DNA from: a virus
Strand: one strand, 5' to 3'
IMG/VR virus record: IMGVR_UViG_3300045988_107797
Coordinates: 1 to 53,599 of that record
DNA: 53,599 nt
The translations under genes were made by a program, and so were the position numbers. Under the pieces are notes generated by a model that saw only the letters and a program-made list of their open reading frames with translations, was not told the DNA's origin and did not search any database. The number at the start of each line of letters is the position of its first letter. Position 1 is the stretch's first letter. Shown here one piece after another: positions 25,316 through 33,300 of this stretch.

Positions 25316-25337
25316 TTTGTACCCCTTTCGTTATGGT

Positions 25338-25366
25338 TTCATAAAAGAAAATGTTAATTTCGCGGA
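25338..25366 (-). promoter_or_regulatory. Copy of the conserved promoter-like block
   Basis: Coding strand reads CCGCGAAATTAACATTTTCTTTTATGAAACC. It overlaps the last codons of 25354..25596. Confidence 0.5.
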
Positions 25367-25596
25367 AGAAAATCTTTCTGTTCAACAGCGAAAGTTACAA
25401 ACTTCTGTTTTGAAATATCGTCAACAGTATGCCCTTTAAGCTCCAAGAACAGATAAGGTGGTTCTTCAATATCCGAATGATCCATACGAAGAGTACCAAA
25501 AATCTCCTTGCCATCTTTTAAACCCCGCAGATAACCAGTAATCTGACCGACTATCAACAAGATAATACCCCCAATAAAGTACCAAGTGTAATTCAT
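25354..25596 (-). CDS. Small N-terminally anchored membrane protein (80 aa)
   Basis: TM helix WYFIGGIILLIVGQITGYL. Confidence 0.6.
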   Translation of the reverse strand: MNYTWYFIGGIILLIVGQITGYLRGLKDGKEIFGTLRMDHSDIEEPPYLFLELKGHTVDDISKQKFVTFAVEQKDFLPRN

Positions 25597-25654
25597 AATT
25601 CCATTCTCCTTTTCTATAAAATATCATTAATAATCGTTACCCGCATATGGTATT

Positions 25655-25693
25655 CGCGAAAAGAACAAGAGACCCAGTTTTCCAAGTCTCTTA
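25655..25693 (-). terminator. Rho-independent terminator
   Basis: Coding strand reads AAGAGAC-TTGGAAAACTGG-GTCTCTT, then GTTCTTTTCG. Confidence 0.65.
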
Positions 25694-25698
25694 AATCC

Positions 25699-25890
25699 TT
25701 AATGCAAGGCACGATAAATCTCATTCGCGATACAGATAATCAAGCAAATAGGAGCAACGAGTGTAGTGCACACGACATTAATAATCGTACGAAATAAAGA
25801 CCAGCCTTGTACTCTGCAAATCCAAATGTTAGCAGTAGCGACCATCACTAATACTCCAACTACTAGATACACTATAAATGCGATTAACAT
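25699..25890 (-). CDS. Small two-TM membrane protein (63 aa)
   Basis: ATG at 25890 follows a GAAAGGAAGG SD; the track ORF starts at an upstream GTG. Confidence 0.6.
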   Translation of the reverse strand: MLIAFIVYLVVGVLVMVATANIWICRVQGWSLFRTIINVVCTTLVAPICLIICIANEIYRALH

Positions 25891-25901
25891 AATTATCACC
25901 T

Positions 25902-25935
25902 TCCTTTCATAACAGAAAGTGCATATTTCGCGTAG
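25902..25935 (-). promoter_or_regulatory. Copy of the conserved promoter-like block
   Basis: Coding strand reads ACGCGAAATATGCACTTTCTGTTATGAAAGGAAGG. Confidence 0.55.
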
Positions 25936-25961
25936 AAAAAAGAAAGAGCCCTCGTGGGCTC
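25936..25961 (-). terminator. Rho-independent terminator
   Basis: Coding strand reads GAGCCC-ACGA-GGGCTC, then TTTCTTTTTT. It abuts the next promoter-like block. Confidence 0.7.
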
Positions 25962-26253
25962 AATCCGTGGTATAAACATAAATATCATTTTGTGGTATGT
26001 CTCTATTCGAGAAGACTCGTACAATCAATAATTCTTTGATCAAATTTCGCCATTCGGTATTGGAACAAGTTAAGTTAATGTACCACATCGTACTATTCTT
26101 CCAACCACAACTTCCAACTGCCATGTCAATTTGTATTTGAGTAAGCAGCCGGTCGCACGTCTTTTGTATAATACGCAGTGCCTCCATTACTTTGGTTTCG
26201 TCCATAATCAAATGATGTCTCTTGTAAATAATGTTGTCAAAAGTCCTCATCAT
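25960..26253 (-). CDS. Hypothetical protein (97 aa)
   Basis: Start placed at ATGATG 26253, after an AAAGGTAGGTG SD. The track start lies inside the promoter-like hexamer. Confidence 0.55.
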   Translation of the reverse strand: MMRTFDNIIYKRHHLIMDETKVMEALRIIQKTCDRLLTQIQIDMAVGSCGWKNSTMWYINLTCSNTEWRNLIKELLIVRVFSNRDIPQNDIYVYTTD

Positions 26254-26262
26254 AATACACCT

Positions 26263-26296
26263 ACCTTTCATAATAGAAAATGTAGGTTTCGCGTAT
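26263..26296 (-). promoter_or_regulatory. Copy of the conserved promoter-like block
   Basis: Coding strand reads ACGCGAAACCTACATTTTCTATTATGAAAGGTAGG. Confidence 0.55.
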
Positions 26297-26379
26297 TTAC
26301 TGCCTTTCGCGATCTAATATTCAGAAGAACCGTCTGTACAATTCGTAGTAAACGTCTTTACAGCTAATCCTTAAAAATG

Positions 26380-26407
26380 CAAAAAGAAAGAGTCCATGTA
26401 GGACTCG
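26380..26407 (-). terminator. Rho-independent terminator
   Basis: Coding strand reads GAGTCC-TACAT-GGACTC, then TTTCTTTTTG. Confidence 0.7.
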
Positions 26408-26416
26408 TTCCGTTAA

Positions 26417-26614
26417 TCAGTTTTCTTTAATTGGTCCATTAAATATCACCTTACTAGATGGGAGTAAGTTAGATTCCTTCTTAAACTGGTAACCTAGATT
26501 AGAACGAGCTTTCGCAAGCGTTGGTGCCATTGTCGCTCCTTCCCATTTATCGGTTAGTAATTTTCCGAATGAATTCGTAACCGGACCCTTATAGCTAAAG
26601 TGTTTGTATTCCAT
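26417..26614 (-). CDS. Hypothetical protein (65 aa)
   Basis: Start moved to the ATG at 26614, after a GGAGG SD. Sequence begins MEYKHFSYKGPVTNSFGKLLTDKWEGATMAPTLAKARSNLGYQFKK... Confidence 0.55.
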   Translation of the reverse strand: MEYKHFSYKGPVTNSFGKLLTDKWEGATMAPTLAKARSNLGYQFKKESNLLPSSKVIFNGPIKEN

Positions 26615-26632
26615 ATAAACCTCCATAAATAT

Positions 26633-26666
26633 AATTCTCATAAAAGAGGCTGTAAAAACCGCGTAT
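26633..26666 (-). promoter_or_regulatory. Copy of the conserved promoter-like block
   Basis: Coding strand reads ACGCGGTTTTTACAGCCTCTTTTATGAGAAT. Confidence 0.5.
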
Positions 26667-26725
26667 GTATAAATCGACAACTCTTACAGATTCACTATAT
26701 ACTTACTTTGGAGGTGTAAATATCA

Positions 26726-26839
26726 ATGGGTAGTAAATGCCCAGAATGTGAATTGCAAGCGAGTGATAAAGCAATTATCTGCCCACATTGCGGCTATCCA
26801 CTAAAACCAATATCGGATTATGTAGGAATCGTGGTGTAG
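26726..26839 (+). CDS. Zinc-ribbon micro-protein (37 aa); the only plus-strand coding candidate
   Basis: GGAGGTG SD 8 nt upstream. Sequence MGSKCPECELQASDKAIICPHCGYPLKPISDYVGIVV (CxxC...CxxC). It sits in the otherwise non-coding gap after the holin. Confidence 0.4.
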   Translation: MGSKCPECELQASDKAIICPHCGYPLKPISDYVGIVV

Positions 26840-26915
26840 GAGTGATATATGAATAATATAGGAATATCCTACATTTTTCATCTTTGTATCACTCCTAACC
26901 ACTTTTTAATTCATA

Positions 26916-26956
26916 CGATTTATTTGGGTGTTTCCTGTTCTAAGCCCAATAAATCG
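26916..26956. terminator. Hairpin at the end of the late operon (possibly a bidirectional terminator)
   Basis: CGATTTATTTGGG ... CCCAATAAATCG (12 bp with one bulge, 16-nt loop), just downstream of the holin stop. The U-run is weak. Confidence 0.35.
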
Positions 26957-26970
26957 CTGTTAATTACGTC

Positions 26971-27186
26971 TTAATTCGAGCTCTTCCTATACTCGGCTGT
27001 GCTTATACCAAGTATTGTACCGAGGAAGGTTATTACCGCCATAACGGTCTTTACTATTTCCTCGCTATAAGGAAGACCCCACTGATTAGCCAGAGCAAAA
27101 TACAGCGTAGAGAGTGCGGGAAGTACTACCATAGTTACCCACTTCAGAACGTCATACACCTTGTCGTTAAGCTTGAAAAACTGCAT
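26971..27186 (-). CDS. Holin (Dp-1 / LL-H-type small holin)
   Basis: 71 aa. YDVLKWVTMVVLPALSTLYFALANQWGLPYSEEIVKTVMAVITFLGTILGIS has two TM helices. From memory, this is a family motif seen in streptococcal and lactobacillal phage holins. Confidence 0.7.
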   Translation of the reverse strand: MQFFKLNDKVYDVLKWVTMVVLPALSTLYFALANQWGLPYSEEIVKTVMAVITFLGTILGISTAEYRKSSN

Positions 27187-27198
27187 AATATTACCTCC

Positions 27199-27489
27199 TT
27201 ATTCATGCGCTTTTTGGTTCAAGTGTTTTTCTATTTCATTAATGGCCTCAGTTACGGGGCCATTGCAACCTTGTTCTTTTAATCCTTTTAAACAAGCCAA
27301 GAGAGCATAAGTATGTAACCGTTGCTCCTTCTTTTGTTCTACAATTTCATTTTGAATTGCTGTAATATCAACGTCCTGCTTCTCCTGCTTCATATACCAT
27401 TGATGACCTTTGTTCAAGTAATGCGCTATTACTCCCATAGCAGTTAGAAGAGAAGCAAATGTGATAATCGTTTGTGCATCCAGATACAT
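27199..27489 (-). CDS. N-terminally anchored membrane protein next to the holin (96 aa)
   Basis: TM helix IITFASLLTAMGVIAHYL, then a coiled coil. Confidence 0.5.
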   Translation of the reverse strand: MYLDAQTIITFASLLTAMGVIAHYLNKGHQWYMKQEKQDVDITAIQNEIVEQKKEQRLHTYALLACLKGLKEQGCNGPVTEAINEIEKHLNQKAHE

Positions 27490-27508
27490 TAAATATCTTC
27501 CCCTTCTT

Positions 27509-29692
27509 TTAATTGTTAAGTTTCTTGGATAGCAACGATTTTATCTCGACAAGCTCAGCTTCGAGTGTTTTAAGCCGTTCATGAGTCTTCTGTGCATCTG
27601 CCCAAAGGATAGCAGGAACACGATCGTAGCTTACACTTTCGGCCTCTACCATACCGGTTTCTTTATTTCTGCAATACTCAGTAAGCCATGGGAATTCTTG
27701 TTCCATTTCCTCGGCAATGAAACCATAGCCACTGCGACCTTTGTCACCACTAGCCTTACTCTCAAACGTTACTGCTCGAACTCGGTCTATTCGATCTCCA
27801 ACATCGTCAAACTCCCGAATATCATGTATGTTGCGTTTAAAGCGTTTAGAGGAACTAATTCTATATACATGAAAATCATCGGTGTCAAGACGTAGATTCG
27901 CGCTCCAAGAGACGGATTGAGCTTCCATACCTAGGATATAAAAGTTATTGCTTCCTAAACTGAATGTGACCTGCCCGTTGTAGACATATAACCCCTGACC
28001 GCGTAAATCCGTTTTGGCATAAACTTCTCCATCAAACATTGCTCCGGTATCAACATGTGTATAGCCATTGCTAACCCCTGTTATAGTTGTACCACCAAGT
28101 TTTAATACACCTTTACCAGCCTGGGAATATAGTGTGCAGCTATTGCCTTGTAAATTGTCCCCATTTATTTTAAATCCCGCGATTGAGCCGCCTGTTGCTG
28201 TAATGTTTCCGCTGACCGTCAGGTTGCCATTGCTATCAAATGAGAACACCGTGTTTCCGCTGGGATTTTTCATAGTGATAGTATTGGCAGTCAGGTCAAT
28301 CAAAAATCGGCCATCTTTTGATTGGAGTATACCCGCGGTAATCCGCGCCGCGTCCATACTACCGGTCGTGATGAAGTCTGCTACTATCGAGCCATCTCTG
28401 GTTATGGCTGTGGTAAATGGCCCTTCATAACCGTTAGAAGAATATCCAAAACCTGATAAATTGAAACGCCAAACTTTCTGAGCTTGAGAAATATCATCAT
28501 TATCTAAAAACAGCAGCTCATTAGGCTTATTACCGCCACGAGTATCGTGTAGTATCACACTTCCGCCCTTCTGCCCGGTTATAGCCTCAGATGCCGCTAT
28601 TATAGCAGCTTTTACTGCACTGGATACGCCACTATTTTTCGAAATATCAATAATTGATGAAGTTTGAGATGAAATGGTATCCGCTAAACCTTTCTTAACT
28701 TCTCCGAGTTCCACATTGTCATACCGTTCAAGCAAGGTGTTATAAACGGTTTTGACACATCTCGCAGTCGAAGAAACACCCATAGCCGCAAATTCAACCT
28801 TGATCGTGTCTCCAAGTTCGACCCGTTCGAATATCCCAAGATTCTTATACTCCTCCGTCTGGTTCAAATGAACGAAAGAAACAGTTAGATTAACTTCTGG
28901 AATGCCGATATTATTAGCCGAAATATAATTCGTTGCGGCATTATCAAGCTGAGTCGTCGAGGGTTGTTCCTCAAAGTCGCTGGTAAAGTCGACCGGTAAT
29001 ATACGAGTAAAATCGTATGTACCAGGGGCATTTACTACCGAACCGCTAACAGTCGTATCATTACCAGTCCAGTAGGGTAATACACCGGTATAGACGTTCG
29101 AACAATTCTCATCCTGTTCCAAATCTGTAAGGTTCTTGCCATACTTTATGGAGACACCGTTATCAAATCCGCGAAGAGAATGCAGTTTAACCGTATACTT
29201 ATCGAACTCGTATTCTCCGCCATAAACATCCAGTATATTTGATAAAATTGTTCGGCAAGGCGTTGGAGTTTCGATTTCCATGACTCCAGAATTCGTCTTA
29301 TCGCTCCAAAATGTGAATGGATTACTTATCACACTAGACGTCGTTAAGGCCGTCAGAGCCGCTTGTACGGACTGAGAAGTGAAGTTTTTTACTGGTATTC
29401 CACTAAGATCGTAGCTAATATGAGCAGCATAGATAGTAACAATCTTATTTAATGGCTTCGTGATGCGATACACACGAAAAGGCTGTTCAGACTGGGCTGG
29501 ACTTGGTTTAGCGAATATAATACTACGCTGTTTGATCTCGTCATAAAGATGGCCCGTTATAGGATAGGTCATCTCTAACTCATAGGAACCATTTCTTTCC
29601 TCTGTAACTATACAAGAGCCGGCATCTATAAGCTTGCCAATTCCTCCTGTTGTAAATGAAGTAGTTGTTGGCGAATATAGTATTGGAATCAT
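27509..29692 (-). CDS. Tail-associated lysin / baseplate hub (Tal) with a C-terminal S74-type intramolecular chaperone domain
   Basis: Begins MIPILYSPTTTSFTTGGIGKL...PFRVYRI (prophage-tail N-terminal family). The C-terminus SSKRFKRNIHDI...YGFIAEEMEQEFPWL...SYDRVPAILW resembles the endosialidase chaperone domain. The ATG at 29692 overlaps the Dit stop. Confidence 0.75.
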   Translation of the reverse strand: MIPILYSPTTTSFTTGGIGKLIDAGSCIVTEERNGSYELEMTYPITGHLYDEIKQRSIIFAKPSPAQSEQPFRVYRITKPLNKIVTIYAAHISYDLSGIPVKNFTSQSVQAALTALTTSSVISNPFTFWSDKTNSGVMEIETPTPCRTILSNILDVYGGEYEFDKYTVKLHSLRGFDNGVSIKYGKNLTDLEQDENCSNVYTGVLPYWTGNDTTVSGSVVNAPGTYDFTRILPVDFTSDFEEQPSTTQLDNAATNYISANNIGIPEVNLTVSFVHLNQTEEYKNLGIFERVELGDTIKVEFAAMGVSSTARCVKTVYNTLLERYDNVELGEVKKGLADTISSQTSSIIDISKNSGVSSAVKAAIIAASEAITGQKGGSVILHDTRGGNKPNELLFLDNDDISQAQKVWRFNLSGFGYSSNGYEGPFTTAITRDGSIVADFITTGSMDAARITAGILQSKDGRFLIDLTANTITMKNPSGNTVFSFDSNGNLTVSGNITATGGSIAGFKINGDNLQGNSCTLYSQAGKGVLKLGGTTITGVSNGYTHVDTGAMFDGEVYAKTDLRGQGLYVYNGQVTFSLGSNNFYILGMEAQSVSWSANLRLDTDDFHVYRISSSKRFKRNIHDIREFDDVGDRIDRVRAVTFESKASGDKGRSGYGFIAEEMEQEFPWLTEYCRNKETGMVEAESVSYDRVPAILWADAQKTHERLKTLEAELVEIKSLLSKKLNN

Positions 29693-30396
29693 AGTGTCCA
29701 CCACCTAGGAATAATTTCTACAGCTGTAATATTACCAGTCCAGGTTATCGTATTTGCACCGGTGTTAAGAACCGGAAAATAAAGGGCTGAGATATCAGCA
29801 TTGCAATTTGTCAGCCCTTTATAAGCGTGCTCCAGCTCGCTATCGAGCATTATATACTCGTTTATAGCATTGAGAGTCACAGTCCGATCCCCTATTGTAA
29901 AGGTACCACTGCTACCGGTAATTTTGATTAGAGGTTTAGCCACTTGATTTGTAGGATTAACCCAAATATCACCATTAGTAATACTAACCGCTTTTTCGCC
30001 CTCTTTAAGAAAACGTTGAGGCTTGCAATTAAAGGTGACTTCTACTCTGCCCCCCTGATGAAAGAAATTCTCAATAGAAGTTCCTTCTTTATATAGAGCC
30101 ATACGATAATATTCTGGCTCGTAGCTATCCTCTAATCGTGCATAGGTTCGAGCGGAGTGTAGCCATGTGGAAAGACGATTGGCGAGTACCGTGAAATCGC
30201 CATGATACTCGCCTATTGCCAACTCATACACACGTTCTACATTTTGATAGGATTCACTATCGAGAACTAAGTCCCCGTTACGTCCGGGAACGTGCACAAT
30301 AGTGTAGTCTCTTTCTGGATAATTATACTTAGGTGGATGCTCAACCTCGATACCGTAATCTTTGGAAGACGCTCCATTAAACATTATTATGCCCAT
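29689..30396 (-). CDS. Distal tail protein (Dit)
   Basis: MFNGASSKDYGIEVEHPP...HVPGRNGDLV. Position between the tape measure and Tal. Confidence 0.7.
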   Translation of the reverse strand: MGIIMFNGASSKDYGIEVEHPPKYNYPERDYTIVHVPGRNGDLVLDSESYQNVERVYELAIGEYHGDFTVLANRLSTWLHSARTYARLEDSYEPEYYRMALYKEGTSIENFFHQGGRVEVTFNCKPQRFLKEGEKAVSITNGDIWVNPTNQVAKPLIKITGSSGTFTIGDRTVTLNAINEYIMLDSELEHAYKGLTNCNADISALYFPVLNTGANTITWTGNITAVEIIPRWWTL

Positions 30397-33300
30397 ACAG
30401 CGTCCCTCCTTTCGACTTGCTGCTGGAGTATTCTGGATACTTCATTCGCGATTTCACGCGGATTGTCACCAGTAATTGAGAAATGATTAGTTATGGTAGT
30501 GTTCTTTTCGCCAGACATAGCATTACCAAGTTTCTTAATTTGATCGAGCATAGACGCGGTAAGACTTGCATTATTAGGCTGAAGCGGGAGTGATCCCATA
30601 GTAGTTTTTGCCAGATTAACCGTTCCATCAATAGAGTATCCATTCCAGGAATTCGAAAGCTTGTCTATACGAGTAGCCCCGGACTCTATATCCGATAAGT
30701 CTAATATGGGTCGAATCGTAGGCTGAGTATCGATGCCGTTGACAATATCCGACATTCCATTAATAGCCTTTTCCATTGCAGTCTTAGCTGTTTTGCCAAT
30801 GCCAATAGCAGAATTCGCAATACTATTTTCGGAATCCTCCAAACCCAAAGCTAAACCTTCACCGGTATATACGCCGATTTTTCTGAAAACCTTAGAAGGA
30901 GAATTAATTCCAAGCCAGCCTTTAACGGTTCTTATGGCTGCCTTAGCGATGTCTTTAGCTTTCTGCACTACAGCATCGATCATATCACCCATACCTTTGA
31001 TGAATCCTTCTATAACGGCTTTACCCGAAGCACAGAAGTCGGTTACAGCTCCGCCAGTCAAGAATTCAACAACACTGTCTATGATAGTAGTTATCAAATT
31101 CAATACTGAATTCAGAAGATCAGTGAAGTTTTCATCAATTGCCTTCGAAAGACCATCGATAAAACTTATAAGCAAGTCGAAACCCGCTTGGGCTATATCA
31201 TCCATTTTCTCACTTATACCACGAATGAGTCCCAAAACGATTTCTATACCTGCCTCAACGATAGGCTGCATGTTATTAGCAATAGTCTCTAGTAAACCCG
31301 TTATTATAGAAAGAACCTTTTCAAATATCATCGGACCATTCTCATCGATGGCCGTAAGAATAGATGTAATAAGGTTCAATATCGTAGTTACTATAAGCGG
31401 AAGAGTTTCGCCAATGGTTACGACAAGGCTCGTAATACCGTCAAGAATTGCCTGGATAATACCAGTAACGATAGCTGATACCACAGTTATCAAGGCATTT
31501 ACACTGGCCGTACTTGCTAAAGCTAAAGCGGTTAAACCAGCTGCGATGGCAGTCAATCCAGCACCAGTTAAAGCAAGACCAGCTCCGAATGCTAGTATGG
31601 CTACACCAACTAAGGCTAGTGCACCAGCCAAACCAAGAATAGTAGGTATAACGGGAGTCAAAATCGCGCCTGCCAACCCAAGAACCAGAAAAGTACCTGC
31701 AAGAGCGCCAAGAGCTACTAGCATCTTTGTAAAAGGAATATTACTTAGGATTTTTAATGCTGTACCCAATATTATTAGCGAACCTGCTACAATTGTTAAA
31801 GCAAAAGCACCCTTGACGTTGTTGTTCATTGCAGTAAGGAACAGTGCTAGTACGCCAAGTGAACCGCCGATAGCGACTATGCCCTTAGCAATGTCTTCCC
31901 ATTGAAGAGTTTGAAATATCTTTAATGCAAGGCTCAAAGTTATTAATGCTCCAGCCGCAATCGTTAAAGCAAAAGCACCTTTGATATTATCGTTCATCGC
32001 GGTAAGGAATAGTGCTAGTACGCCAAGTGACCCTCCGATAGCCACTATACCCTTAGCAATGTCTTCCCATTGAAGAGTTTGAAAGATCTTTAACGCAAGA
32101 CTCAAAGTTATTAAAGCTCCTGCCGCAATTGTTAAAGCAAAAGCCCCTTTGATATTATCGTTCATCGCGGTAAGGAACAGCGCCAAGACACCAAGTGAAC
32201 CACCGATAGCAACTATACCCTTAGCGATGTCTTCCCATTGAAGAGTTTGAAATATCTTCATGGCTCCAGCTAATATAACGACTGCTGTAGCAACGCTAAC
32301 CATAGCTAGACCGACACCTAACATTTTCTTTTGTGGAAAAGCGCGGGCTGTTGCAGTAAGAATTGCCATTACTCCGACAAGAGCCGCGATACTACGCCCT
32401 ATATCCTCTTCGGGTATTTTAGAAAGGATTTTCATTGCGCTAGCTAATATCAGCACAGAAGTTGAAATACCAACCATTGCTATAGCGATGGATCCAAATC
32501 CTTTTATACCGCCACCAAATCCCGAAAATAACTTGAGGAACAAGCCAAGTTCTGTCATCAAAGCTCCGATAGCGACAACTGATTTCATAAGTTTATCGCT
32601 TTCAATAGAAGATATAAGCATTAACGAACCAGCTAATATCCCAATCGAAATCGATATATTCAAAAGCGATTTGGCATCTATGCTGGTTTTCCAAGATGAC
32701 AAAGCATCTCGAACACCGTCCAGCACACCCACTATCGAACCTTTTATATCGCTAAATATTTGAAGAGGCTTTTTAATGCCAGATAATGCTTTTCCAAGAA
32801 ATACTGAAATAGAAGCAAGGGAAAGACTGTTGATTAGCTTTGGCATGTCCACTTTTATATTGCTAAAAAGCTTTGATAAAACTTTACTAACAAATGCAGC
32901 GCCTTTCCCAATAGCAGAAAATATATTTGTAATATGAGGCGAAGCACCAGAAAATAAACCTGTTAACCATTTTAAAACGCCGCCTATTTTTTCTCCAATA
33001 GTAACAAAAATATTTCCTTCTTCTATACTCTTGGATAAAGAAGTAACCATTTCTCCCAAAGAGCCAGTAAATTCTAAGAGTATCGGCACGAGAGATCCCG
33101 AATTATCAATAATGGATCGCACGACAGTCCAAACGCCTTTTAGAGCATCTTTGATAATACGAAGAACTGAAAATAACCCCTGAAATGTCGAAACTAAATT
33201 ATCACGATGCTTTTGTATAAAATCAGAAATTGATTTTACAAAATCACGAAAGTTTTCAGTAATCTCTACTAATCGTTCAGCGGTCATTGGAGGAAATACA

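Noticed and set aside
25645-25660. A TTCGCGAA palindrome resembling the CGCGAAA core of the promoter-like block
   Set aside because: No -10-like hexamer occurs at the 14-nt spacing on either strand. The sequence forms the tail of the terminator at 25655-25693.
30733-31905. A 390-aa plus-strand ORF, together with many other plus-strand ORFs in the track (e.g. 2062..2454, 20609..21214, 36373..36927, 45971..46492, 52560..53090)
   Set aside because: Every one lies fully antisense to a well-supported minus-strand gene, lacks an SD and translates to low-complexity sequence. Long antisense ORFs are expected opposite repetitive, Gly/Ala-rich or collagen-like genes.
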